Assembly (NCBI RefSeq): GCF_006345805.1
Contig: NC_043014.1
Coordinates: forward strand, 30,318,001-30,382,000
DNA length: 64,000 nt
Origin: Octopus sinensis
Taxonomy: Eukaryota
Direction of reading: 5' to 3'
The first letter of the stretch is position 1; every line of letters begins with the position of its first letter. A model generated the notes under the pieces. The model saw nothing but the letters and a program-made list of their open reading frames with translations. It was not told the origin of the DNA and searched no databases. Below are positions 52,023 to 64,000 of this stretch, in pieces. The position numbers were made by a program, and so were the translations under genes.

Positions 52023-53314
52023 CGAGGGACGTTCAATAAGTAATGCCTCTGACCCACTTGCAGTTGTTTGATCTAGCTGAAATTTTGCATGTGCAATCAT
52101 TTATATCTCTATAGAGTAAGTGGCAAATTACAGCTCTGAATTAATTGTGGTTTCTGATTTACAGGTGTTTGAACCGAGTCAAGTGTGAAATGGAGCCTGT
52201 TGAGTGTCGAGCAGTGATCCGGTTTTTGTATTTGAAAGGACGCACACCACGGGAGACTTTTGATGAAATGAAAGTAACTTATGGTGATGATACCCCATCA
52301 TATGACCTTGTAAAACGCTGGCATCGTGAATTCAAACATGGTCGGAACTCTGTGGAAACAGCTCCCAGATCTGGTCGCCCCCTTCTGCCATTGATGAGGC
52401 ATCTGTCCGTCAAGTTGAGGCTGCCATTTTGGAAGATTGACGCATAACTATTCGCCAAATAGCCCATGAGATCAAGATTAGTACCGGGTCTGTGGAAACT
52501 ATCATTCATGACCATTTGCATATGCAAAAGGTGTCTGCCAGATGGATTCCCAGGTTGCTCACGCCTTTCCAGAAGCAAGAACGTGTTGAGTGCTCGAGGG
52601 GGAATTTGGAGATGTGCCAAGAAGATGAGTCAAAATTTTTCAAAAGACTGATTACACAGGATGAAACCTGGGTCCATCACGATGATCCAGAGACCAAAGC
52701 CCAGTCAATGCAGTGGAAGCACCGTGACTCACCCCCTCCAAAAAAGGCAAGGGCGCAGCCCTCTGCTGGCAAGGTCATGCTCACAGTCTTCTGGGACCAG
52801 GACGGAGTAGTGATGACAGATTTCCTGGCAAAGGGTACCACAATTGCAGGAGCCTATTATGCTTCACTTTTGAGGAAATTAAGAGAAGTTATCAAAATCA
52901 AGATGCGGGGCAAGATCAGCAAAGGCATCCTCCTCCTGCAGGACAACGTTCCGGTCCACAACTCGCTTGTCGCCAGATCAGAAGCACAGGCGTATGGCTA
53001 TGAACTCCTCCCCCATCCCCCCTACTTTCCTGACCTTGCACGCTCTGATTTTCACCTCTTCCCAGCCATGAAGTTGTTTTTGAAAGGAAAGCGTTTCCCA
53101 GATGATGCAGCCTTGATTTCTGAAGTCGCGTTCAGGTTGGAGGACCAAGCTGGGGTCTTCTACAAAAACGGTCTCCAGAGCTGCATCAAACAATGGAAGA
53201 AATGCGTAACTCTGGGTGGTTCATATGTAGAAAAAGACTAATAACTGTGCCAAGTTTCGTTGCTCTACTGCTATGGGAAGTGGGTCAGGGGCATTACTTA
53301 TTGAACGCCCCTCG
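52023..53314 (+). mobile_element. Full-length mariner (Tc1/mariner, DD34D) DNA transposon, 1292 bp, TA target duplication
   Basis: TA-CGAGGGACGTTCAATAAGTAATGCCTCTGACCCACTT ... AAGTGGGTCAGGGGCATTACTTATTGAACGCCCCTCG-TA; transposase between the TIRs. Confidence 0.95.
52190..53241 (+). pseudogene. Mariner transposase with one frameshift near 52380
   Basis: MEPVECRAVIRFL...RSGRP, frameshift, then WIPRLL, QDETW, QDN and HPPYFPDLARSD (34 residues between the second and third D). Confidence 0.92.
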
Positions 53315-56163
53315 TACATCCTACTTACCAACAAGAAAAAAATTAAGTAAATAAACCTACATGTGGACAGACTTAAACAATATACTTTTATACAGAGATG
53401 AAAATTACAAAAAGAAAATTTCTTTTCCCTCATTTCATACATTTATTCTAATTAACTCAATCAAATGTTCAAACACAAAGAACGCTGCATTATAAATAAA
53501 TAGATGTAGATATCATGGCACCCCAGCAGACACTTCCATAAAGATACTGAAATTTAAAAGTTCATATTGTTGCAAGAAAAATCCTTCTAAGCACAAGATA
53601 TATGTACTTCTGATATATTGAGGTCCATTTAGAAATCTTCGCAAAATCACTTTTAGATAGTAATAGGAATAATTAGTAATTTTCTAATAAATATTTTGTT
53701 TTTTATTTCTTGAAAGTTTTTCTGAATTTATGGCAGCATCTCAGAGTAAATCTGAAAATATACATATGTATTTACAAACATTCACAAATGTACTATTATG
53801 AACAGTTTTACACACATATATGTTTGTGTATGTATGTATATACATGTGTACATAGAGGTATGTGTAGATATGTGGCTATATACAACTGTGTGTATATACA
53901 AACATGTATGTATGTGTGATTTCATCTGTTGTATAATTTCTAAATTATTGACAATTCGTTATTATTGCGAGAAGTTTAACAGTTAAATACAGCTTAGCAA
54001 GAATCTAATTTAAATATATTTGTACTAGTAAGCAGGAATCTAATTTAAATAGATTTGTACTAGTAAGCAGATATCTTTCAACATACTTTATATAGACATA
54101 GCGAATAACACTGATATTCTATATATATCCAAAACTAGAGTCCCTGCAAAAAAACTGAAATGAAAAACAGGAAAAAACACACTTCTACAGTAGAATCAGA
54201 GGTCTGAAAATTCAGCAACATAAAAAAGTAAATATGCTCTAAGGCCTATAAAATTCTGATTATCAGCAGTTGCTGTAGGACAAAAATTCTGACACTTCTC
54301 AAAAATAAATGTAAAGTAAATGCAACAGTTTTTGTGTGTTCTGAGAACATTCTTCCAAAATGTAATTTCAACAGTTTCAAATCAAGTCCCCTGCTAAACA
54401 AGTACAACTCCAAAGATATATATATATATATATATGTACACACACACACACATTTTACTGGTGTCAATCATTGAACTACAACCATGCTGGGACACTCTTT
54501 TAAAGAGTCTGGTTGAAAAATTGATCCAAGTACTTATTTTTTAAGAGTGGTGCTTATTTATCAGTCATTTGTGCCAAACCACTAAGTTATGGGGACATAA
54601 ACAAACCAACACCAGTTAAGCAGTGGTGAGGGAAAACATATAGATATACACACATACATGAGAGGGTTCCAGACAATTTCTATCAACTACATTCACTCCC
54701 AAAGCATTGGTCAGCCCTGGGCTATAGTAGAAGATACTTGACTAAGGTGTCACACAGTGGAACTGAACTCAAAACCACATTTTTGCAAATTGAGCTTCTT
54801 AACCACACAGCCATGCCTGTGCCTTTATATATAACTACCAAATAGTTATCCTAAAGAAACAATTACAAACACTAAAAACTATTTAATATAAATATATTTT
54901 ATGCAAAACACATAGGTTCAGATGATGCTTTAGAGAAATACATGTTGTCCTAAACAATATATATCTATAGACTATCCTTCAGAAATATATAATATTATTC
55001 CAAACATTATACTTTAGAAATACATGTTGAACTGTTTATTCTAATAGACACTACATGTGCAGTCTTAATGTGCATTAAAGACAGAGCACAAATGAGCACA
55101 TGGAAAAATTAGGTATAAGAGAAATCATATACAATGTGAAAGGAAACTGTGCTGGTATGAATAGAGAGGGTGACAGTTTGGTAAAAAAAGTGGCAAGCAA
55201 TCCAAGTGAAAGACATGGGAAGAAGTAGTGAAAGTTGAATCCGACAAAGGAAATGACAAAGAACTGCAACAAATGGAGAGGCACTGTACTGAGAAAAACT
55301 CATCTAACTGATGCATGCATAGAAAAAACAGATGTAAAAATGATAACAATATGGATTTTATTGAAGCAATGGCTTTATCACCAAATGATCTGCCCCACAT
55401 CATTTCCCCCAAAATGAAGAAATATGTTTGATTTTGAAGTCTGTTTATCTCTTTACATTTGGTCTGTTATTTAAACATTGTTCAGGTAACATTGTTCAAT
55501 TTGCAACAACACACTTTATATTAAACATTCAACTCAGTCAATACTCAATGTCTGAGTCTCCTTCTTTTTTGGGTAAAGTGGCAGCTATTTTGTAACTATG
55601 GAGAATTGAACATCAAGGCTAAGTCAACCAGGCAAGAATTTGAATTGAAAACCAAAGCTTCTTGCAGAAAAATATTGATTTCTAACATTGGCACAAGGCC
55701 ACAAATTTTCTTTATTTGATGAGATAAGAGTAAAGTCACTTAAATTGAAACAGTATTTTACTGGTACTTTATTAACTCCAGAAAGATAAAATGCATAGAT
55801 GACCTAGGCAGGATTTGAACTCAGAATGTAAAAGATTGTAACTAAAATCTACAAAGCATTTTATCTAATGTTCTAACAATTCTACTGATCCATAAACATA
55901 TTAATTATGATGCTTTTTCTCAGCACCAACTTCATCATCACACTGCAAATTACTTACAAACAATCTTAATTGTTACACACTTTACACCAAAAGATCTACA
56001 CAAATAATTATTCTAGCACTTATGAATACATCAGCAGATCAAACCCACTTGTTCTTCTCTCTCTCTCTCTCTCTGCATATAATTTATTCTGCTATCTAAT
56101 TGCTAAAAACTGAGATGGTGCATCGAAAGGAAAATTACAATCATGCAAAGCTTCACAACTCAC

Positions 56164-56244
56164 CACATCTTTGCCATAATCTTCACTTTCACTTTCACTG
56201 TCACTGTCTCCCTGAATATTGATTTGCTTCTTTTCTTCTTTGCC
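56164..56244 (-). CDS. CEP164: Host gene exon 2: GKEEKKQINIQGDSDSESESEDYGKDV
   Basis: ttttctctgcag|GGC ... GTG|gtgagt, 81 nt, phase 0-0. It joins the next exon to give EDYGKDV-DFGIDK, a stretch I recall from molluscan CEP164-like proteins. Confidence 0.85.
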
Positions 56245-57849
56245 CTGCAGAGAAAAGGAAATAACAAGTTTGGAAGAAAGAAATTAGTTTTAACATATTG
56301 ATTTCAAATTTTGGCACAAGGCCTGCAATTTCAAGGGAGTGGGTAAATCGATTACATTGACCCCAAAACTCAACTGGTATTTATTGTATCAATGCCAAAA
56401 GGAAGAAAGGCAAAGTCGGCCTCAGCAGAAATTGAATTTAGAATATGAAGACAAATGAAATGCTGTTAATCATATCACTCAGCATGCAAACAATTCTGCC
56501 TGCTTGCAGTCTTAATTAGTTTTAACATACTGATTTCAAATTTTGGCACAAGGCCAGCAATTTCAGGGGCAGGAGTAAGTTGATTATATCGACCCCAGAA
56601 CTCAACTGGTACTTAATTTATCGACCTCCCCAAAAGGATGAAAGGTAAAGTCAGCCTCAGCGAAATTTGAACTTAGAATATGAAAAGAGAGAAAATGTTG
56701 CTAAGCAAAACTGTGCTGTTGAAGGAAACAAGATTGGAGGCTATTTGAGGGCTCTGTTCATGGAGCTAGTACAGGCTAAATGTGAATGGTGCCTGTGTGT
56801 GTAAGCTTAGGGAGGAATGAAGAGTGGTATCATCTGTATGGGAATGAGCATTGTTGGAGATGACAGAAAGTAGGTTACTAATGAACAGAAAGTAAAGTAT
56901 GATATAACTTGGCCTTGGGACACACCACAATTGATAAAGAGTGGGTCAGAGAAAGCTCCAGCAATTGCACAAGGCAATGATGTAATCTAACAGAAAGCTT
57001 CCAGTCTAGGAGTTGAGAGCTGGATGAGGTTCTTAGAGGGAAACCTAGCAAGAAAATCTCCATCAGAGACATGGTCAATTGCGTTGCTGATGTTAAGTAC
57101 AACAACATTAGTTTTTCAAGGGTAAGGACTAACAGAAGACTGTGTTTGTAATTATTACAAATAACATCATTATTACTGTAGTCAGAAGCATGCAAACCTG
57201 CATGGTTCTTGGCAGATCTATGAAAGACAATCTCCCTTTCTTACAACATTATATAGGAAGTGGATAATAAGCATGGCTTCAGAGTAGTCCTGATCCATGT
57301 AATCAGTTTTAAGCCTCCAAAAACAAAAAGGTTAACCATCAGTATTTGGTACAGCAGTCCTCAGAGCATCTGCATTTAGTTCCATTTTCTTGAGGTGGAT
57401 CAATTTAAAATACAGTGACAGATGCTAGGTGGTCTGACTAAATAGCCTCTTCATAGAGCCATTTCAAATTACATGTTTGGTTAATCTCTCCTGTATGTTT
57501 TAGCTCTTAGAACATTGCTGTGGAAAATAGAGATATTGAAGAGCATCCTGCTTGAACAGGGAATGGGAAAGTTATATCAGAATATGGGGACAATGTAACC
57601 ATGATGGTGTTAGTTACCACAGAAATCAAAGTGGTCAGTACTACACTTAGAGAGTATGAACTGGTACCAGGAAATGCATAAACTGAATCAAGTTGGTGGG
57701 CTTGAACATAACACTTGTAAAGGCAAGTCTGTGCAGACCAGAATCATGGGTTGCTTAACTGACAGTCAAGAAACTGGAACTATTTTACAAGTAGTGTAGC
57801 CAGTCTTACCCAAAAATGGACTGAAAGGTCAGGTAGAAGTGACACAACA

Positions 57850-58280
57850 ACTAAGATGAGAACACTAGTTCAAATACATCCGAGTATAATAAAAAATGAA
57901 GTGGCATAAACAAACATACATTTAAAATGATCCCAGAGAATAACAATACAATTCTAGATTTGGGTATGCCAAGATCAAAGCTAATTTGCCAGATATTGTT
58001 GTCATGGTCGACTAGAAAAAGAACTGCCTCCTAATCAAAGTATACAATACTATCACACAATAATGTACCTCTATCCAAATTTAAAAATCCAGAAATGGAG
58101 ATTACCAGAATGGGGGGATTGAAAACAGAAACAATCCTATAGTAATACGATTCTTGAGAATGATTAAAAAGACATGCAGACAAATACATAGCAAAAATTT
58201 CAAGCCTTACAAAATGCACAACATAGAAATTAGGATGACTAAGCACTGCTCACATTGCAGAGCACTTCCTAAATGATGTG
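57850..58280 (+). mobile_element. 3' end of an R4/Dong-like non-LTR element (restriction-like endonuclease remnant)
   Basis: KANLPDIVV...EMEITRM.GLKTETI.IVI..L.MIKK...TAHI; many frameshifts. Confidence 0.55.
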
Positions 58281-59945
58281 AAAAACATCTATAAACAAAA
58301 CACTCTACATAACCAAGGTGCACTAAGAGGTATTCTTAGTTATGCAGAGAAAATAAGCAATAAATGTAAAACTACTAAAGGTAAATAACAATTTCTAAAA
58401 TGGGTACAAAACCGTAAACTTTTGGAGCAAAAGTTCAGTTTATTATATTGAAACCTATTATTTCAGCATCATCATCATCATTATTTAACATCTATCCCCC
58501 ATGCTGGCATGGGTTCGATGGCTTGACAGGAACTGTCAAGGCCAGGGACCACACCAGGTTCCATAGTCCGTTTTGGCTTGGTTTCTACAGTTGGATGCCC
58601 TTCCCAACTCCAACCACTTTACTGAATGTACTGGATGTTTTTTACATAGCACCATCACCAATGCTTTTTACATGACACTTTGGTTTTCGATAACAATTCT
58701 GTTGTGGTAGGCTGGTTTTCTTCAGTACAGCAATGTGCCACATATTTCAGTCCACTGTCATCTCCTTCAAAAGGCTCAGCATTTTGAGACCAGCTTTCAA
58801 GACTTCCTGGGTCTCCCTCTTTCATAGCTTCCCTCCACTCTAACCCTTTTGATAAAAACCAGCCTGAAACTGCCTCTGGTTCTGTAGTACAAATGTCTTG
58901 TTTTCAAAAGTTCTGAATTAAAATCTCCCACCAACCCTTAGTCACAATTTATGTTCCTAACACTAGCTTAATGGTAATTAAGTTATTTTACTAAATTCTT
59001 TGTTATACTTAAAATTAATTGAGAGAAACACTGTCCACATCCATCCACATTACATGACTAAACCAGTGCAGTCTCCTCTCCTGCACACAACATATAATTC
59101 CTCTAATGCCTAACTTACACTGGTACATATTCAACTGACCTTTGACAGATGAAAGACAGAGTTAACATTGGTGAGATTTGAACTCTGAATGTAAAAGCAT
59201 TTAAGTAAATAATACAAGACATTTTGTTTTCCATTCTATAGAGTCTTCAAATCAACCATCATCATTTCCACCGCCACCACCAATAATAATAATAATAATT
59301 CTTTCTAATATAGGCACAAGGCCTGAAATTTTGTGGGAGGGGAAAGTCAACTACATTGATCCCAGTTCTCAACTGCTACTTATTTTATTGACCCCAAAAC
59401 AATAAAAGATAAAGTCGACCTCGGTGGAATCTGAACTCGGAACATACAAGCGGACGAAATACCGCAAAGCATTTTGCCCAGCATGTTAACAGTTCTGCCA
59501 GCTTGCCGCCTTAACAACAACAACAACAGCAGCAGCAACAGCAACAACAACAATAACAATACTGTGGATTATTCATGTATTTGCTCAACAGAAAGACACC
59601 TATTCCTGTCTCTCTATACCTTCAATCTCATACCAACTGGTTGAAAGCTACCGTCAACCCTCCCAACAGAGGAGGTTTTTGTCTTGCAAGTTACTTGGTG
59701 ACCCTGTCAGTGCTGGTACCATGTAAAAAGCACTCAATACACTCTGTAAAGTGGTTGACATTAGGAAGGACATCCAGCTATAAAAACCATGCCGAAACAG
59801 ACAAGGGAGTCTGGTGCAGCTCCTGGCTTTACCAGCTTCTGTCAAACATATATGCAACCCATGCCAGCAAGGAAAACAGGCATTAAATGATGATGATGAT
59901 GTCCAAAAATCAACTGTCTGCAAATAAAAAATATCTGGAACATAC

Positions 59946-60077
59946 CTGCTCCACTTCATCTTCAAATTCTGTGGAATACACTGGTATACTCATGCTACTA
60001 GTGAAGTGTCTACTGTTTGACACACCCACAGAGCCGGTTTTTGATGATGTCCCAGTTAGGTTCAAACTGGATTTCAC
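59946..60077 (-). CDS. CEP164: Host gene exon 1 of 12 seen (CEP164-like): VKSSLNLTGTSSKTGSVGVSNSRHFTSSMSIPVYSTEFEDEVEQ
   Basis: Acceptor tgtttcag|GTG, donor CAG|gtatgt, 132 nt, phase 0-0, no stop. Gene identity is recalled similarity only (about 0.6); no upstream exon was found in the window. Confidence 0.75.
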
Positions 60078-60637
60078 CTGAAACATTGTAGAAGATACAA
60101 TAACATATCAGCAAAACATTTTCTGAGGAAAATAGCAATTTACATGTATTATCATCATGACTGTTCAATGCGAATACACACACACACACACCACACATAT
60201 TGATATACTCTCTCTCTCTTTTACTTGTTTCAGTCATTTGACTGCGGCCATGCTGGAGCACCACCTTTAATCGAGCAACTCAACCCCGGGACTTATTCTT
60301 TTGTAAGCCCAGTACTTATTCTATTGGTCTCTTTTGCCAAACCGCTAAGTAACAGGGACATAAACACACACACGCATATATATACATATATACGACAGGC
60401 TTCTTTCAGTTTCCGTCTACCAAATCCACTCAAAAGGCTTTGGTTGGCCCGAGGCTATAGTAGAAGACACTTGCCCAAGGTGCCACGCAGTGGTACTGAA
60501 CCCAGAACCATGTGGCTGGTAAACAAGCTACTTACCATACAGCCACTCCTGCGCCTATATTGTAAACAAACTTATAAGCGCTGAGTGTGTTGGTATTCTA
60601 CAGAAAATAAAGGAATTCTTGAATACAGGATAGCTGA

Positions 60638-60779
60638 GAAGACAGCTTAGAAAATCAGGTAAATCTCCTTTAGAAGACCAAAATTTGAGAGGTACAGGGT
60701 TCTATTCTCTGTAGAGATTTGCTGGCCATTTTTTTCCCATCTTCTAAAGGGTATTAACCCAATTTTCTAAGCTGTCTTC
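60638..60779. mobile_element. 142-bp MITE-like element with imperfect TIRs of about 45 bp
   Basis: gaagacagcttagaaaat...cctttagaaga versus tcttctaaagg...attttctaagctgtcttc; no clear target duplication. Confidence 0.6.
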
Positions 60780-60959
60780 AATGCGTGCAGGCGTGGCTGA
60801 GTGGTAAGAAGCTTGCTTCCCAACCATATGGTTTTGGGTTTCGTGGCACCTTGGACAAGTGTCTTCTATTATAGCTTCAGACCAACCAAAGCCTTATAAG
60901 TGGATATGGTAGACGGAAATTGATAGAAGCCCATCATATATATATATATATATAGTGCC

Positions 60960-61830
60960 GTAGTCAGTGCGGTGGGCACATGACAAACACCATCCGATCG
61001 TGGCCGTTCGCCAGCCTCATCTAGCACCTGTGTCGGTGGCACATAAAAACACCATCCGAAGACCCGGCAAAACACCATCCGAAGACCCGGCAAGACTAGT
61101 CAGGCCATAACCCATGGCCCCTACCTGGGACGTAGTCAGTCCACCTGTGCATACCTTCCTTCTTGTGACACTTGTGAAGACCTGTTGAGGCAAGTGAAAA
61201 TCAAATCAAAACAAATCAAAATAGATGAACATCAATGGAATTTGTATCTTTGTGGTACCAGGGCCGGTGGCACGTGGCACATAAGAAAACCATCCGAACG
61301 TGGCCGTAGCCAGTACCGCATCGACTGGCCTCCATGCTGTGGGCACGTAACAAGCACCATCCGATCGTGGCCGTTTGCCAGCCTCATCTGGCACCTGTGT
61401 CGGTGGCACATAAAAACACCATCCGAGCGTGGCGTCTGCCAGCCTCGTCTGGCACCTGTGTCGGTGGCACATAAAAATACCATCCGAGCGTGGCCGTCTG
61501 CCAGCCTCGTCTGGCACCTGTGTCGGTGGCACATAAAAACACCATCCGAGCGTGGCCGTCTGCCAGCCTCGTCTGGCACCTGTGTCGGTGGCACATAAAA
61601 ACACCATCCGAGCGTGGCCGTTTGTCAGCCTCGTCTGGCACCTGTGTCGGTGGCACATAAAATCACCCACTACACTCTCGGAGTGGTTGGCGTTAGGAAG
61701 GGCATCCAGCTGTAGAAACACTGCCAGATCTGACTGGACTGGTGCAGCTTTCGGGCTCCCCAGACCCCAGTTGAACCGTCCAACCCATGCTAGCATGGAA
61801 AGCGGACGTTAAATGATGATGATGATGATG
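60960..61830 (-). repeat. Reverse copy of the same family with a 62-bp tandem array
   Basis: agcctc(a/g)tct recurs at 61380, 61441, 61503, 61565 and 61627. Confidence 0.85.
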
Positions 61831-62115
61831 ATGATGATATATATATATATATATATATATATACCTATATATGTGTGTCTTTATGTCTGTGTTTGTCCCC
61901 CCACCCACTGCTTGACAACCGGTGTTAATGCGTTTACGTCCCCATAATTTAGCAGTTTGGCAAAGAGAGACTGATAGGATAAGTACCAGGCTTAAAACAA
62001 AATAAATTCTGGGGTCAATTTGTTTAACTAAAACCCTTCAAGGCGGTGCCCCAACTTGGCCACAGTCAAATGACTGAAACAAGTAAAAGAATAAAACAAT
62101 ATATATATATATATA

Positions 62116-62349
62116 TTATATTTCGGAATGGTCATATTGCCAGTTTAGCCAATAAAAACACACGCACTATATATTTGGTGTTATTTTGCTTCAGTGATAT
62201 TTATTTTTTACATTAATCTTAATCTTATTTCGGCCAAAGTTCTTTCGTCACACTCCTGTGACCGCATCAGTGGTCCTTTGTTTTCTTCTCACTTACTTGT
62301 GTCTCTCCTTACTAACCGTCAGCCATTTTGTACAACAAATATTTAAACG
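62116..62349 (-). mobile_element. Short Penelope pseudo-LTR copy of the same family as 6942-9170
   Basis: 62116-62329 matches 6948-7161 with no difference I can see (214 nt). 62329-62349 matches 9150-9170. Flanked by (TA)n. Confidence 0.9.
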
Positions 62350-62383
<34 letters not shown>

Positions 62384-62431
62384 CATATATACATATATAT
62401 ATATATATATTATACATATATATATAACATA

Positions 62432-62465
<34 letters not shown>

Positions 62466-62680
62466 CTATATATATATATATATACATATTATATATATAT
62501 ATATACATATATATATACACATATATATATACATATATATATATATATACATATATATAATATATACATATATATATACACATATATATATATAACATAT
62601 ATATATATATATATACATTATATATATATACATATATATATATACATATATCATCATATATACAATATCAGGGGTTTAGT
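62350..62680. repeat. (TA)n/(TACA)n microsatellite
   Basis: Direct reading; it explains the YIYI ORFs. Confidence 0.95.
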
Positions 62681-64000
62681 TCACTTGATTTTGATGTCCT
62701 TTTCCTCTAATGTGTATATATACATATATATATATTGTGTATATATATTCTGAACTTATAATTTATTCACATCTGTTTGAAGCTTTCTGAAATGTTATTA
62801 TGATTATTGAATATGTTTTTGTTAGCTGTTCCAACAAAATTATAGTTACAATTCATTCCCAATAAAAAGCCAACTAAAAACACATAAACGTACATAAACA
62901 CACCTTCATATTCACAAAAAACAAGATTATAAAAACATCACTTCACATACACCAGACTTCTACGCAGTTGCAAACACATACACATACAAAACCATTTCAC
63001 ACACAAATACACATACACCACACACACACACATACATATTTACATTCAGAAACAAACATATAAATACACTATTTTATACATATACATACACTGCACATTT
63101 ACACATTCACAAACAGTTGTATAAACATACACCACATATTTTCACACTCACAGATATACACAAGTAGAGTTTCACAATACACACACTACACATTCACAAA
63201 CACAAACATACACACACAGAGCCATGTGTATTCAGAGATGAGTGCCAAAATCAATCAGACGAGATCAGTTTTAGAGGTTAACAAAAAAAAAAAGAACAAA
63301 AAAGCAATAAAAAAATTTCTAATCTTGGCAGAAATTTTGGAAATGATCCCAAAATAGATTTGTACATCTGAGTGTTGTAGGGCAGCAATTTTCCCCAGCA
63401 GCTACAAGGTTACAAGTAATGTCATTAATCTAAGTTATTTCAATAAAAGGGTCAACAACAGAATAGAGTGTTGGGAATTTGTAAATAAACAGAACACACA
63501 GCTAAGTGTTGCTGTCATTGTTGTTTAGCCTTCTCCACCCTAGTTGTCATCAGTCAAAGAAATCTATGATCAAAACCATTCCAGCTATGACCATCATGGC
63601 TTTTTGTATGTCCAAGACTACATTTTGCTATAGGTACTTACTTTTTAATTTTAGAAAAAGTAGGATGTGATTGGAGGAAGATTTGGCTGTTATTTCTAGC
63701 TACCTATGCATTAAGAATTTACCATAATTTCTTCTGAACATAGCATAATTTTCATATAACATATAATCCTTCCTACTATAGACACAAATCCTGAAATTTA
63801 GGGGAGGGGGATAATTGGTTACATCAACCCCAGTATACAAATGGTATGCATTTATATAACAGGTATAATAACAGGTTGTTTTATTGCTTCCTGCATCTTA
63901 ATATTTCAGCTATCCTTAAGGCAACAAGCTGGCAGAATTGTTAGCAAGCTGGGCAAAACATTTGATGGCATTTCCTCCATCTTTATGTTCTGAGTTCAAA

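Noticed and set aside
53997-54070. 35-bp direct repeat
   Set aside because: Simple local tandem duplication, as are those at about 20838-20880 and 4730-4770
61327-61660. CRISPR-like regular array
   Set aside because: Whole 62-bp units repeat with no unique spacers, there are no cas genes, and the context is eukaryotic
63300-63420. Possible WW-domain exon of the host gene (WDH seen in one minus-strand frame)
   Set aside because: The context does not match WDHPCD and there is no usable donor site

Overview
AT-rich, microsatellite- and retroposon-dense animal genomic DNA. The SINE and microsatellite landscape resembles octopus DNA (inference, not verifiable here). One host gene runs on the minus strand across the whole window: 12 GT-AG exons join in phase into a 478-aa stop-free partial protein, acidic/Ser-rich first and then a long E/K-rich coiled coil. 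It most resembles the centriolar distal-appendage protein CEP164 (from memory of molluscan homologues; the WW domain is not in the window). One intron is about 33.5 kb. The introns hold a young Penelope-like element (RT + GIY-YIG, one TAG, inverted pseudo-LTRs), a near-complete mariner, L1/Tx1, RTE, CR1 and R4-like LINE remnants, TTAA-flanked MITEs, a Helitron-like element, a 290-bp palindrome and many tRNA-type SINEs. The most interesting signal is a Penelope-associated cluster at 6.3-9.4 kb, with a sister copy at 62.1 kb. It carries two different hammerhead-ribozyme-like folds with non-canonical cores and repeated, asymmetric insertion ends in (TA)n. No new biological system is proven from sequence alone.
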